From positions 33,356,001-33,420,000 of the forward strand of contig OZ231126.1 in assembly GCA_965153355.1 (NCBI GenBank): 64,000 nt of DNA, written 5' to 3'. Below are positions 22,601 to 34,159 of this stretch, piece by piece. Made by a program: the position numbers and the translations under genes. The notes below the pieces were generated by a model, which saw nothing but the letters and a program-made list of their open reading frames with translations, was not told where the DNA came from and made no database searches. Every line of letters begins with the position of its first letter. Positions within the stretch are counted from its first letter, which is position 1. Origin of the DNA: Flaccisagitta enflata. Taxonomy: Eukaryota.

Positions 22601-24239
22601 ATATCACATAGCCAAGAACCACTGCTTCGGATCTGAAAAAGTTGCATTTTGCCGGATGGACTTTGAGTCCGGAGTCTGCTAGGGCTTTGAAGACGCCTCG
22701 AATCACTTCAAAGTGGGTCTGGATGTCTGGGGTACAGATGATGATATCGTCAAGGTAGGCCAACACATATTGTGTTGGCAGACCCCGCATTACAAGTTCC
22801 ATTAGAGCAGCCATCGTTGCACCGGAATTCTTCGCGCCCATGGGAGTGCGAAGATACTCCAGGTGTCGACGGCCGTCGCTAAACGCAAAAAATTTGCGGT
22901 GGGCCTCGGCTACTTCCACCTGGAAGTAGCCTTTGAGGAGATCCATGGTCGTGATGACCTTTGGATTTCTGAAGCGTCGGATGGAATCTTGTATGTTCGG
23001 CAAAGGGAATGACGCCTTTACTGTGCAGGCGTTGAGACGCCGGAAATCAGTACAATACCTCCATCCTCCTTGTTTTTTGCGCACAAGGAGGATGGGGGCA
23101 GAGTACGGCGAGTTACTTTCTTGGGCAACGCCCATGGAGATGAGTTCACTTGTTTCTCGATCAATTTCTTCGCGGACATCGGGAGGTGGAGTCTTATATT
23201 GTGGGGCTGTTATTGGTTTATCCGTGGTGAGCTCAATGTAGTGGTGGGTCAATTTGGTTTTGCCTAAATCGTGTTTGTGACGCGCAAAGATCCCCTCGTA
23301 TTCATTGCAAATTTCTCTGAACTCATCGCGTTGTTCCTTATTCAGAAGCGAACCCTCAAGAGAAACTCGGAATTCTAATTCATCGCCTTCAAGTTTAGCT
23401 TTTGGTTCACCATCGGGCTTAACAATCGGAGGATTGGATGGGCTCTCGCTTGTCGAAGCAGCCGCTAACACCGTTGTTGGCTGCTGTTGCGATTCTGTCC
23501 ATATCTCCGGATCTAAATTCTCTTCGACGGCCACAGGTGTGCCTCTACGAAGTACTACTTCCTCTTTTGTGGGATTCAATATCTCGATTACATGCGTTTC
23601 CTGCTCCAAGTCTATCACGCCCCAAGCAGACATCACTGGAAGTTCCTCCTCTCGATCCCCCATCAATGGCCGAATCAGCATAGTTTTTGGTTTGTTCGGG
23701 TTGGCCCGCGGGTCAGGTCCCTCAATGCTCACGGAAACTAAGTTCAATGATTCTGGTGCTAGGCTCACATCCTCCGTGAGGGCAACATGCGTCGGCGCTG
23801 AAGATTGGCATGGCGCGTGTCCAATTGGGACTGGGTATTGGTCAATGATAAGCTCGTTTTTTGCGAAATTTAAAATGGCGCCATGTTTTGTGAGGAAGTC
23901 TAATCCTATCAGCAGTGGGTTCACTAAGTTTTTGATGACGTTGACCTCATAATGGAATTGTTTTTGTCCAATTTGAATTGGAATTAAGAGGGAGAATGGC
24001 GAATTTAAAGGAGTTTTATTTACAGAAACACAAGTTTTGGCTCGGCGACGGTGAATGTACCGTAACAATCTGGGATCAGCATCTACCACCGTCGATGAGA
24101 TGCCACCGGCCTCGGCTCCCGTGTCCACAAGAGTGCGGACTTGCGTCCCAAGGATATTTGCAACAACGGTACATTTGAGCCCAGGAGAGGTTATGCCAGC
24201 GGTGGCCCCTGGGGGCTCGCCGCTGGCTGCTGAAAACAC
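19656..24239 (-). CDS. pol: Pol polyprotein (protease, RT, RNase H, integrase), probably made as Gag-Pol by -1 frameshift
   Basis: LVDTGA (aspartic protease). WRYCTDFRRLN, DLLKGYFQ, YLDD (RT). LKTDAS, TDHRPL, DADALSR (RNase H). H-x6-H...C-x2-C, QADL, TDNGGEF, ERKNRTI (integrase). GPW as a GPY/F-module variant. No stops over 1527 codons. Confidence 0.98.
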   Translation of the reverse strand: MFSAASGEPPGATAGITSPGLKCTVVANILGTQVRTLVDTGAEAGGISSTVVDADPRLLRYIHRRRAKTCVSVNKTPLNSPFSLLIPIQIGQKQFHYEVNVIKNLVNPLLIGLDFLTKHGAILNFAKNELIIDQYPVPIGHAPCQSSAPTHVALTEDVSLAPESLNLVSVSIEGPDPRANPNKPKTMLIRPLMGDREEELPVMSAWGVIDLEQETHVIEILNPTKEEVVLRRGTPVAVEENLDPEIWTESQQQPTTVLAAASTSESPSNPPIVKPDGEPKAKLEGDELEFRVSLEGSLLNKEQRDEFREICNEYEGIFARHKHDLGKTKLTHHYIELTTDKPITAPQYKTPPPDVREEIDRETSELISMGVAQESNSPYSAPILLVRKKQGGWRYCTDFRRLNACTVKASFPLPNIQDSIRRFRNPKVITTMDLLKGYFQVEVAEAHRKFFAFSDGRRHLEYLRTPMGAKNSGATMAALMELVMRGLPTQYVLAYLDDIIICTPDIQTHFEVIRGVFKALADSGLKVHPAKCNFFRSEAVVLGYVISEEGIKPDPHNLKKISEWPVPKNESEVRGFIGLCNYYRSHLPNFAKISEPMTNLLLKDQPFSWSDAQQKSYEALKSMLLEGTACAFPDFKRDFILKTDASDTTVGCVLSQRDERNCEQMVACASQKLTRQQAAWCTYDKEFWALVWATRQFSHYLRYRKFLCFTDHRPLLSCRTLNDEKDATGRRTRWAIELASYEMDLRHKEGKKNSDADALSRAPHPDNPKTPDEEYIFLGAMSTSEAPIAEVLSNADEDLKERIREGQNDDPDIRLAKCWVYEGKDKPAPKSLSLWYINQIENLEVIEDVLYQSFKNPLGETCLRVVVPYLLIGEVLHRIHGDAFAGHAGQKRSLSRALRFCVWPTIRKDIEEKVKSCRECQMCRGETNYRKAVRVLPQKAKYPLHTIQADLLELPILSHGCDHILVIEDVYTKYCCFYPMAGKQAVTVAKHLWQFIRRFGSPAIWRTDNGGEFKNQLIEALTKVYGIRKEFGMAYHPASQGQTERKNRTIIAELCKRVAQWGPQWTKYLPSLELGYNTTPHTSDGLTPHLKMFGREARVPLQDALPSPPETKDWSKDTKAYVQHHQKQLEKIHELKEELHTNYMEKMAQPPKGKTHTDPFQKGEQVMRELHLNKGNKMKVKFDGPWEVHERIDPPDHEIGNTYVIRRDDEELVRPQCDLKQYHAPKFPRPQEETELIDPTPTLEENSQQKLNPKALELLLAVSNVVTGVRKKPNSSAHVGGSSQTSNNGNGQQGHSGHSAAIPPVPLPTPSSPLQVVTATAPNRNNPAGAIPKARSIPKPKAVPASKIPSLTRLQIAPSTSSDINQHLQAISNNEGISEQVPLQELVDDSDEETSNQPRSISDVFRLTGLTPTMFKTGSSRSSSASSRTPKAGPSTSTPRSIPTTVTSAPKKPRQANTPITPQTSRPRTSSAPEAAATAAAASPALVASKKTIQALKKLQSHNNPGFSEQAIDELPPRRAAKPKQQS

Positions 24240-25642
24240 CCATTTCCACTGAAGGCGTGGATGCCCAATGGCTCAGGTTCATAGCCGATCGGATGGTCAG
24301 CACCCGGAAAGACTGTCCATCCGTGGCCCGTGTTGCCCAACGCCGCGGTCTCTTCGTAGATGGTGGGTGTTGGCTCTTCTGCGTTAACCTGAGTTTCCTC
24401 GCACGCCCCTAGCGTTGCGGCTGAAGCCGGTGTCTGATTATATGATCCTCGTGGACCACTTTGGGCTTGGCTCTGGTATGGGGCTGCGGGGCGTCTTGCG
24501 CCGGCCAGTGTGTTGTTAACATACTGAGACCCCTGGGTTAATCCCGGCACCATGCGAGGCTGTCCTTGGAATGAGTTTCTCACCGGTTGGCGTTGGTCTT
24601 GGAATGCAGGTGTGTATTGTGGCTTCTGGAATGATTGCTGAGACTGTGGATGGTATTGTCTCTGAGGAGCGAGATCCCTGCGTAAGCTACCAAAGCCTTG
24701 TACTATTTCCTTTTTCATTTCATCCATGCCAGCTTTGATCGATGCGACCGAATCTTTCACTTCCGCCATTTGCAATTCGCCTGCTCGAACTTTGGTTTCT
24801 AACGCGCTGAGACGGCGATCAAACCCTTCCGAATCGGCATTAGACAAGGCTGCCATTCTTGGCGTCACGGCTTGTGGTGCGGATGACGTTGCCTCTGCTG
24901 TCGGCAAACCAAAAAGCGCGGAAACGATCCCTTCAGCTCCAGCGGACCCCACATCACGTGATTCGGCAGACAGATGGATCATGGTATTCTCCCAAGAGGT
25001 AGCCGTCTGGAAAGCGTCATCAAGTGTTGCGCTGTCAGTTGGGCAATTGAGGTGGAGATGCGTGCGAAGAAGCTGGTTGCGTAAGCCCTCGCGAAACCTC
25101 TGCAGGCCAACTCGCCTCCATTCCTCGGGGACATTTTTGAGAGCCGATTGGTACTTTTCCATCTTTTGCAACAACAAGTCTTTGTAAGTGCGTAGAGATT
25201 GGCCAGGCTGCCTTTGATGTGCGTCTAAGCGCGAAAGGAACGCTATTTTCTCCTTCTGATCGGTGAAGGCCTCCGACAGAGCTGGCTTCAACAACGCCCA
25301 AGTTGCCTTCGTGGCCGCCGGCAGGTTCTCGAACGCCGCACGAGTGGGACCCGGGGAAAGTTTTGTTGATACCCATTGCACGAAAAGGCCGGGTAGGCGT
25401 GGATCATCGGCTTTTAGGTTATAGCAAGCGCGGATGTTATCTTGAAAAGTAATTATCCAGATGTCAAAATCTTGACCTATGACATAAGTCGAGCACGGGA
25501 TGTTCTTAACATGGGCAAGCTGGGGTGCTCGCTGTTGCTCAAGGCCCAATTGCCTCAGGAGGGCGCCTATTGCGTTAACTTGATCTGGTTGTAAATTTGC
25601 TAGACCAGCCAATTGGCCGGCTTCCTCATCGTTGTCAGGCAT
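24191..25642 (-). CDS. gag: Gag (483 aa): capsid-like domain, coiled coil, Q/P-rich tail, no CCHC knuckle
   Basis: ATG-initiated ORF directly upstream of and overlapping pol. Retrotransposon gag-like segments W(ALL)K..L...F, Q.PGQSLRTY and RFREGLR. Confidence 0.9.
   Translation of the reverse strand: MPDNDEEAGQLAGLANLQPDQVNAIGALLRQLGLEQQRAPQLAHVKNIPCSTYVIGQDFDIWIITFQDNIRACYNLKADDPRLPGLFVQWVSTKLSPGPTRAAFENLPAATKATWALLKPALSEAFTDQKEKIAFLSRLDAHQRQPGQSLRTYKDLLLQKMEKYQSALKNVPEEWRRVGLQRFREGLRNQLLRTHLHLNCPTDSATLDDAFQTATSWENTMIHLSAESRDVGSAGAEGIVSALFGLPTAEATSSAPQAVTPRMAALSNADSEGFDRRLSALETKVRAGELQMAEVKDSVASIKAGMDEMKKEIVQGFGSLRRDLAPQRQYHPQSQQSFQKPQYTPAFQDQRQPVRNSFQGQPRMVPGLTQGSQYVNNTLAGARRPAAPYQSQAQSGPRGSYNQTPASAATLGACEETQVNAEEPTPTIYEETAALGNTGHGWTVFPGADHPIGYEPEPLGIHAFSGNGCFQQPAASPQGPPLA
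24195..24239 (-). promoter_or_regulatory. -1 programmed ribosomal frameshift signal (slippery site + stem-loop)
   Basis: pol is in the -1 frame relative to gag. Minus strand reads G TGT TTT, a 5-nt spacer, then GCCAGCGG...CCGCTGGC (perfect 8-bp stem) enclosing a GCCC/GGGC inner stem. Confidence 0.7.
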
Positions 25643-25807
25643 TGTTTTCGGCTAATGTTCCTTCGATTTGTTCAAAGAGAAAAAAAAAAAAATGCTTATC
25701 TAAGGGTCTACTCACCGAGTTTCCCTTAGTTATTTGATGCTAACAACTGAAATAAATAATTCTCTCTTTTTATGATTTATAGTTAAGTATGTTGATGCTT
25801 TGCTTAA

Positions 25808-25978
25808 CGAGCCTTCACTTGGTTAGTTCGGCTCGATTTACGTTGCTTAAATCTTTCCTGCTGATGCTTAGGCCTAGTGAACAGTTTCCTGCGGAACTAA
25901 TATAACGAGCATAGCGCCATGTTAACAAAAGAACAGTCTATTTGCCTTTTCAAGCCTTCACTTGATTAGTTCGGCTTG
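25808..25978 (-). promoter_or_regulatory. Duplicated 28-nt stem-loop in the 5' leader (candidate packaging/dimerisation signal)
   Basis: Copies at 25808-25835 and 25951-25978. Outer stems CGAGCC/GGCTCG and CAAGCC/GGCTTG show a compensatory change. Confidence 0.55.
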
Positions 25979-28023
25979 GTTACGATTGCGGTGACTCGAT
26001 TACGATTATCATTTACTTTACCATTATCATTTACCGCCGGTGAAATGCGTTTCCACTTCAATAGTGGATTACCTATGGAGCGAAATGCGGTCCTTAACCT
26101 AGTCTAGTGCGCATGGGAACTAGTGGAGGGTATGACCGTGTCTGTTAGTCAGTACAAACAACAGGAAAACAAACGTTAAAGGGTGTCTAATAAAACGTTC
26201 CTAAGTGTATGGCAAAAATTTTACTGCTCTTGTGTGCAATGAGCAGGTGACAACGCACAGAGCCTGCTCATCTGAGGGGCTGGGGCTCCTTGTGTCCCCT
26301 ACGCATCCCCCAGGAGCCACTGGACCTCCGTGAAAACACAGCCCTCCCCGAAAGAGGGCTGAGGCGAGCGGACAATCCAAACCAAAGTCTAACCTTGCTT
26401 AGCTTTCAAGCCACACAGCTCTTAAACTCTGACCCAACTGCATGGGCTAGGAGGAGCGTGTTACAGGAAGACCAAATTATGGCCGTAGTCAACTGAATTC
26501 AAATCTGATTCAGTCCCTGTCACAAGGTTTTACTTTGGGTTGGGGCTAGGTTGCTCTCAGCCACAAAAAACAACAACAGGGCAATGCAACTAACAAGAAA
26601 ACAACAAGAAATAAAATAAAAAGAAAAAAAAAGTGACAGACAGACCCTCTAACAAGAAAAGGAAGTTGGTGCCGGATCAAGACTATCTCCGCCGACCTCC
26701 TGCCGACCACCGATGATTTGGCCTGAAAGCGGATTACCAGGGAACAGAGCGGGAACTTCAGGAGCAAGTCGACTAAGACTTGAAACGGCTTTAACTTCCT
26801 TTAAATGCTTTTTCTGAAAGTTCGACCCAAAACCCAACCACATATCACATATCGCACATCACCGTCCGACAATGGCCAAGCAACCAGACGCAACGTACCG
26901 TAACACTCAGTCCAAACGCCCCAAATGAGTAAAGTCAAAAAGTTTGTTCTAACAGTCGCGAGTCCTTGCCTGAGGGTTTGGCGCTAGGCCAGGCAAATAA
27001 CAGGCTGGACTCTTCAAGTCAGGTCCAAGTAGTACCCAGTTCGGCAGTTGGTCCGACTTACATCAACGCAGTATGACACCCGACCACCCCAATTAGGATA
27101 TCTCTTGCGAGTCAGTAAAATCAGTCGACAAGTAAAATCATTTAAAAATAGGCCGGGGCCTATGATTACTAGCACAAATGTGCTACGGTAAGATGTAAAA
27201 TGGATTATCACCAAGACAGGGAGGGGGGAGGGTTAACAGTTAAGTTCGGGTGGGGGAGGGGTGCTAAAAAAAGAAAGGATCTATGCCGCACAGACAAACT
27301 CAAGCCTTAGAAACTATGACATACAACCGTCCCTGAGCTATGGTTAGGTTTGAGGTCGGGGGCCCGTAATGATGCCTAAGGTTCCCCTTCGCGTTACCGT
27401 GTTATCTTCCACCAGCTGATCCGGAGGCTCTTGCTCCACTAGTGGGGGGTCTGGATCTGCATCCCAGCCAATGACTGTAGGAGTCTGATCAGAGTCCAAG
27501 GGGGTGATAAACTATGCTCCCTGCCTCACCGTTAATGCAAAAGCATCCAGCTATCACAGCAAGCCTACACTATGACTCGGGTTACTGGCTGTCCGATCAT
27601 GCTCGGTGTATCCCGCTTTCGCCCCTTTGAGCCCATAAAATACTACGATATTACAACTACGGGTAAACACGTGCAATGCGAACAAAGAGTGGCATACTTA
27701 CAAACCACCCTTATAGACAGAAGAAAGGACAGAAAAGACAGACAAAAAGACTACCACAAACCTCAGAAAAAGGTCGGATGGGTCCACGTGAACTCCTTCC
27801 TTCCTATTCACCAGTACCCAAGGAGCCCCCTGGTAAGGTCTGCTAAATCACACTTACCCAATTCTAAAAAAGCCAAAATTCAAGATAAAACGCAGGGGGT
27901 GTCCAAATGGACACAAGTCCCGTATCTCAGGGTTACGGTTAAAACTAGAGGTTATCCTTCTGGGTATTAGCTAGAGGGGGGGGGGTGGCTGGGGTCACTT
28001 TCTTTCAAAAAGAAAGAAAACAA

Positions 28024-28041
28024 CTCCGGCCGAAAGCACCA
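28024..28041 (-). promoter_or_regulatory. Primer-binding site (tRNA PBS)
   Basis: Minus strand TGGTGCTTTCGGCCGGAG begins 1 nt after the 5' LTR's CA, complementary to a tRNA 3' end ...CCGGCCGAAAGCACCA. tRNA identity not assigned. Confidence 0.85.
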
Positions 28042-28042
28042 C

Positions 28043-28854
28043 TGAAATGCCCGGGATATCCCCAGGGCAAGAAGTAAATCTAGCCACCTAAGAGACTGAA
28101 AGGAACGGACAGACAGACTGAACAGACAAACCCCACGAACGAACCTCGCCTGCCATAACTAACAATAAGATGCAAACCTTAGTGATAGCGCGGGAAAATC
28201 CCCCTAGCTAAAGGGCCCAGATAAAAGAACTGCCTCAAGAGGAGGTACCTAATAAACAAAGGCTTGGGTTAGAAACGGATCAACAATATATAAATATAAA
28301 CTTAACAAACGAACATTCAACAGAAATATCAACAGCGGCTGCTAAGGGGGAAGAAAAGGGCAAGATTAAGGTTAGCAATAATAAACAGCAATTCAGGTTA
28401 TTCCTCGGAACAAGAACGGTAAATCGTGTCTTGGTGAGAATCGTCTTCGTCTTGGCGGTCGCCGTATTTAACGGAAAAGTCTGGGCAGAGAGAGAGAGAG
28501 AGAACCGAGGTTCCTCGATCGCTCATTGGCTGAGAGCCTTCCACATCGTCGCCTCACTCGTATTTGTCGTGTGCCGACCTCGTAGCGTGTCTGCGAGGTA
28601 CGCCGACTGGGACTTGGGCGTTGGACTTCAAGACCCAGATATCGCAGACCAGGACCAGGATATCGATGATTAGGACCTGGCTGCAGCTCTTCGTTGGGAG
28701 AGAGAGATAGCGCGCGATGGAGGTGGAAAGAATAGACGATGATAAGAAAGATAGAAGAAAGTGGGAAAGAGATAGCAAAAGACAGGATGGGATAGAAAGA
28801 AAAGGGAAAGAACAGATGAGGAAAAGGGAACCGACTAAAAGGCGCGGCACTACA
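28043..28854 (-). repeat. 5' LTR (812 bp)
   Basis: Near-identical to 13016-13825; by eye 3 substitutions and one extra GA unit in a (GA)n tract. Minus-strand termini TGTAGTGCC...GGCATTTCA form an imperfect inverted repeat. Confidence 0.97.
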
Positions 28855-28860
28855 GCTTGT

Positions 28861-29792
<932 letters not shown>

Positions 29793-30256
29793 GTATTTTC
29801 TTATACAAATTGCATCATAGATAGCTTTAGGAGAGATTCCCCAATGAAAATCATACTTGACAGTGTACAGAATTTTGGATTCCCCTTACTACTAAAGGAG
29901 TTCATGCAGAATTATCCTTTTAGTAACCATATTGAACTGACCCCTTGGCTTCGTTTACCATCTCTGTTAAAATGAGGTTTTTTTCACAATTACATCTCCA
30001 TAACTCCTCCCTCTTTACCCAAAAAGAAGACTTGGAATACTTTCCTCATGAGGAAAAACCTAAAGCAGCATTTGTCTTTGAAAAGGTTCTCTTTCCAACC
30101 AAGTTTGGGGAAAACCAAAAGAATTTCAGGATTTAAAGGAAAATTGACAAAACGGGGAACTAAAACGAAATTTGAGGCACTTTCCTAACGAAAGATGAGA
30201 TTCTGGTTTCCAAACTCAGTGTTCAAAAAGTGGAGGCTTAATTCAATGGAGGGAGA

Positions 30257-30313
<57 letters not shown>

Positions 30314-30499
30314 GAGCAGCAGACTTCTTGACTTCCATATTTTTTCCCGCGCTTGGAGAATTGCCTTCCTTTTTGCCCTTTTATTGAATTCATGTTTGCG
30401 TTTTTGATTTCAAGTTTTTAATTATGGAACTCTTTTGTCCTTTTTTGTGTGTGCGCATGAGACTACGTGCACGCGAGAAATAATTGTTCTTTAATTCTA

Positions 30500-31052
30500 T
30501 TTTTAGTCGCGTGAACGCGACTCTAGAAGCCGCTATGTCGGTCGGTCGGTCGGTCGGTCGGTCTGTCTGTCCGTAACATTTTTGAAATATAGCTTTAGTC
30601 TTCATTTTAAAGGTATTTTATGGTACTTTAGGGTACTTAGGGGTACTTAAGGGTACTTCAGGGTACTATAGGTATCTAAGGTTACTTTAGGTACTTTAGG
30701 TACTTTAAGTACTTTAGGGTTCTTAAGGGTACTTAAGGGTACTTTAGGGTACTTTAGGGTACTTAAGGGTTCTTTAGTGTACTTTAAGGTACATTAGGTA
30801 CTTAAGGGTACTTTAGTTTAATTTAGAGTACTTTAGGTACTTAAGGTACTTTAAAGTACTTTAAGGTCATTTAGGGTACTCTAGGGTACTTTAGGTACTT
30901 TAGGTACCTTTACCTTTATTACCTTTACCTTTATTACCTTTACCTTTATTTCCTTAATTACCTTTATTACCTTTAGTACCTTTATTACCTATATTACCTT
31001 AATTACCCTAATTACCTTTATTACCACGCGACTAAGGTTTGTTGACCTTGTT
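30500..31052 (+). mobile_element. HINE-like element with (TTTAGGGTAC)n and (TTATTACCT)n arrays
   Basis: 5' TTTTAGTCGCGTGAACGCGACTCTA, (GGTC)n, 3' CACGCGACTAAGGTTTGTTGACCTTGTT. Confidence 0.75.
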
Positions 31053-31417
31053 CCCCTTTGATTTCAGTTCAGGTAAGGCATTGGGGAAAAGCTCCTTCAC
31101 TCGTTGCCTAGATATCCTCCTTATTCACTAACTGATAGGTTCATCAGATCTTTTTTTCATAATTTGTTTATTCCTAAACGGAAAAGAGAAAAATTAGGAC
31201 CGCTGTCCTAATAGCGAAGAACAATATGCTGATTTGGAATTCTAATTGTGAGCTCGATTGGGCAAGTATTTCTAATTTTAAAGCGCCGGGACTAAAAATA
31301 CAGAAAGGTAATTGTTCAAAATTATCTTTTATTTCTGATGCAATTGAGGAGATCTCTCTTTAACAATTGTGTCAGTTGCGAAGAGTTCTCTGCCTTGTTC
31401 TAACTTATTTGTTTCGG

Positions 31418-31624
31418 TTTTTAGTCGCGTGCTACGCGACTCTATTTCCCGCTTTCCCGTCCGCCCGTCCGTCGGTTGGTCAGTTGGTTGGTCCCCTACT
31501 TACATTTTCGACGATTTGGAGCTTTCTGAGCTCACTGCTCTTGCCCACATGCCTTAGTGACCTTTTCTATCACTCCCCCTGCCCACCCACACACGACTGG
31601 GGTAGCCGTGTATCCGGCCTTGTT
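31418..31624 (+). mobile_element. HINE-like element
   Basis: TTTTTAGTCGCGTGCTACGCGACTCTA...GCCGTGTATCCGGCCTTGTT. Confidence 0.75.
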
Positions 31625-32099
31625 TTTTTCTCATTGCTCCTAAACAAGCATAAATTACAGCTTTCCATATCTGCAGTATGATTCCCTCAAATGGAACAGA
31701 AGTTAACGGCATAACTTGGTTTTCGCATTGGGCTCATTATTTAGATATTATCTAGATATTCCCTATGTAATATCACGATAACTTTCCCAATGCGAAAACC
31801 CCTAAAATCAAGTTTTGAAAATAGTGCCTCAAGGAGTATGATTTGGCATTTATTTGTGCCAAATCTTAGCTTGGGACGTCAAGTACTTAAGCTTCTTTCG
31901 GTTTTTGAAGTAGATTCTGGGATCAAACTTCACCATCTATTTTTTTTTTCATTTTTTTGGGGAAAATTGAAGCAGTGAGCGGAAGTAAATCTCACCTGCT
32001 ATGAGACAAATCACATTAAAGGCTTTTTTAGTTGTATGGAGAGTCTTTTGGTGAAAAAATGAGAAAGCTAGATGATACTAGCATTGACTTTAAAAGGGA

Positions 32100-32522
32100 A
32101 CTAGTTATCCAAGGAATGCATATGGTCAGTGGTACCCGATGCCCTGCTGGGAGTGGTTAAATGGAAGTTGACTGTGAGCAGGGCAGCGGCCCCAAAGGGC
32201 TGATGTCCTGTAGGACACAGGGGGGGGGGAATTTCCATGTTATTCATGGGAATTCTTTTTTTTTTTTTTTTTGTCTATTTCCCATGTTATCTAATGGGAA
32301 TCTTTGCTTTTTTTTTATTTCTTGTCTATTTTCCATGTTATTCAATGGGGATTCATGCAATTTTGCATTTTTGGTTTATTTCCCATATTATTCAAACAGG
32401 TCGCCCAAGGGCAATATGTGGTCAGCGACACCCATTGCCCTGCTTTGAGTGATTGTGAATTGGAGTGAGGGGAAGCAGGGCAGCGGCCCAAAGGGGACCA
32501 AGTCCTGTAGAACACAGGGGGA
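32100..32522 (-). mobile_element. Two partial copies of the 697-1327 family
   Basis: Shared ...GGTCAG(C/T)G..ACCC.(A/T)TGCCCTGCT...AGCAGGGCAGCGGCCC...GTCCTGTAG.ACACAGGGG blocks. Confidence 0.7.
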
Positions 32523-32604
32523 CTTTCAATCGTCCTGCCTGATGAAGCGGGTGAGATTCTATAGGACGGCGAGCATTTGATAGCACATTTAGTGTTTCGC
32601 CTCA

Positions 32605-32835
32605 TTTTTAGTCGCGTGCACGCGACTCTACAACCCGCTCCGTCGGTCGGTCGGTCCGTCGGTCTGTAACACTTTGCTTTTTTTGCGTCATTTTTGGTCA
32701 TTTTGGGTTGTTTGGAGTTATTTTAAGTCATTTTTTTGTTGTTTTTGGTCATTTTTGGTTGCTTTTGGTCATTTTCGGTCATTTTTGATCAATTACGTCA
32801 CTTTGTTCATTTAAGTCATTTGTATCGTTTTTGGG
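32605..32835 (+). mobile_element. 3'-truncated HINE-like element with (TTTTTGGTCA)n
   Basis: 5' palindrome TAGTCGCGTGCACGCGACT, (GGTC)n. Confidence 0.65.
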
Positions 32836-33632
32836 CATTTAAAGTAGTATGGGCAAAATGGGCCACACTCCATTGAAAATTTTTGTTTTCGCGCTTGCGA
32901 CATGCCAAACCCTGTATATTCTCGCAAAATTTGCATGTGTACATGCCATTTACACTTATACATGTTATATGTCAACGATTAAGCACACTTAGGACGCAAT
33001 TTTAGACGAAAAAAGCCATAAAAAAATATGTTAGTTTAAGTCACAGAAAAAGTTGTTATTCAATCAATTACTGAGTGACTTGCCGAGGCTCTGGAAAAAT
33101 CCCGAACTTTTTGGGTAAAGCTGAGCAAATTTCTGATCCGTAGCAAAAAACCGCATCAAAATCGGATGTTGCGCACTGCTGCGCATTGCGCACATGTGTT
33201 AACTTTGCCGATCGCAAATTCGATGCTTGTGCGCTGGCGGACTTTTTACGTGTAAGCAGACAAATTTGGAGCAACCTCCGCTGAAGAAAATTTTTGTGGA
33301 GCTATTACTCACTCTGAAGAAAAGTATATAGTCCAGCATATCATTAGAAAGCTCATGACAAGAGGAAGACGGTGATGCACACCAAATCGAGCTGCTCTCA
33401 AGTAAAAATGAGCGAGCCTGCTCAAAAGTGAGCAGGCATGCTTCTGAATGAGCAAGAATCACTTTAGGAGTAGATTCAGCACTTTTTTGAGCAAGTCTGG
33501 TTAAAATAGATGGGGTTTGCAATAAAATGAATCCAACTTGCGCCTGATTGAGCAAGTCTGCTCATAAATGAGCGAGTTAGCTGAATAATATGCAGAGTTC
33601 CTCAAAAATTGGCATATCTTCCTCAAAATAGG

Positions 33633-33845
33633 AACAAGGCCGGATACACAGCTACCCTAGTCGCGTGTGGGTGGGCAGGAGCAGTGCTGGAAAAGGTCAC
33701 TAGGGCATCTGGACAGGAGCCGTATGCTCAAAAAGCTCAAAAACGCCGAAAAAGTAAAAAGGGGACCGACCGACCATCAACCGACCGACCGACCGACCAA
33801 CAGACCGACATAGCGGGGTGTAGAGTCGCGTAGCACGTGACTAAA
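33633..33845 (-). mobile_element. HINE-like element
   Basis: Near-identical to 49149-49350; same termini as the family. Confidence 0.75.
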
Positions 33846-33991
33846 TATCAGTTTGTGTCGACAGAGCAAGTTTACTCACCTTATATTTCTGCTTATTTTA
33901 CCGGAACATTATTAAAAACAACCTAAATATAAAATCACAAATAATCAAATATAATCTTGAAACAGCAGAAGCAGTAGACAAGATCGACCAA

Positions 33992-34159
33992 AACAAGGCC
34001 GGATACACAGCAGGACAGTCGCGGACGGTTGGGCAGGAGCAGTAATGTGAGAACCGCCCGGAATTCAAAAATGTGATGGACCGACGCAACGGACCGACCG
34101 ACCGACCGACAAACCGACTGACACGGCAAGGTGTAGAGTCGCGTGTCCACGACTAAAAA
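33992..34159 (-). mobile_element. HINE-like element
   Basis: AACAAGGCCGGATACAC...GTAGAGTCGCGTGTCCACGACTAAAAA; close relative at 42891-43041. Confidence 0.75.

Larger units (their letters stand above)
13016..28854 (-). mobile_element. Full-length Ty3/Gypsy (Metaviridae) LTR retrotransposon with two extra 3' ORFs
   Basis: Direct terminal repeats at 13016-13825 and 28043-28854, both TG...CA. 5-bp TSD GCTTG at 13011-13015 and 28855-28859. PBS next to the right LTR. gag, then pol with domain order PR-RT-RH-IN, all on the minus strand. Confidence 0.98.

Noticed and set aside
27572-27970. 132-aa antisense ORF in the retrotransposon leader, and antisense ORFs overlapping gag/pol/ORF4
   Set aside because: No motifs; expected by chance or as shadows of real coding frames.
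28024-28041. Specific tRNA assignment for the PBS
   Set aside because: Partly resembles Gly, Val and Tyr 3' ends from memory; needs comparison with the host tRNA set.
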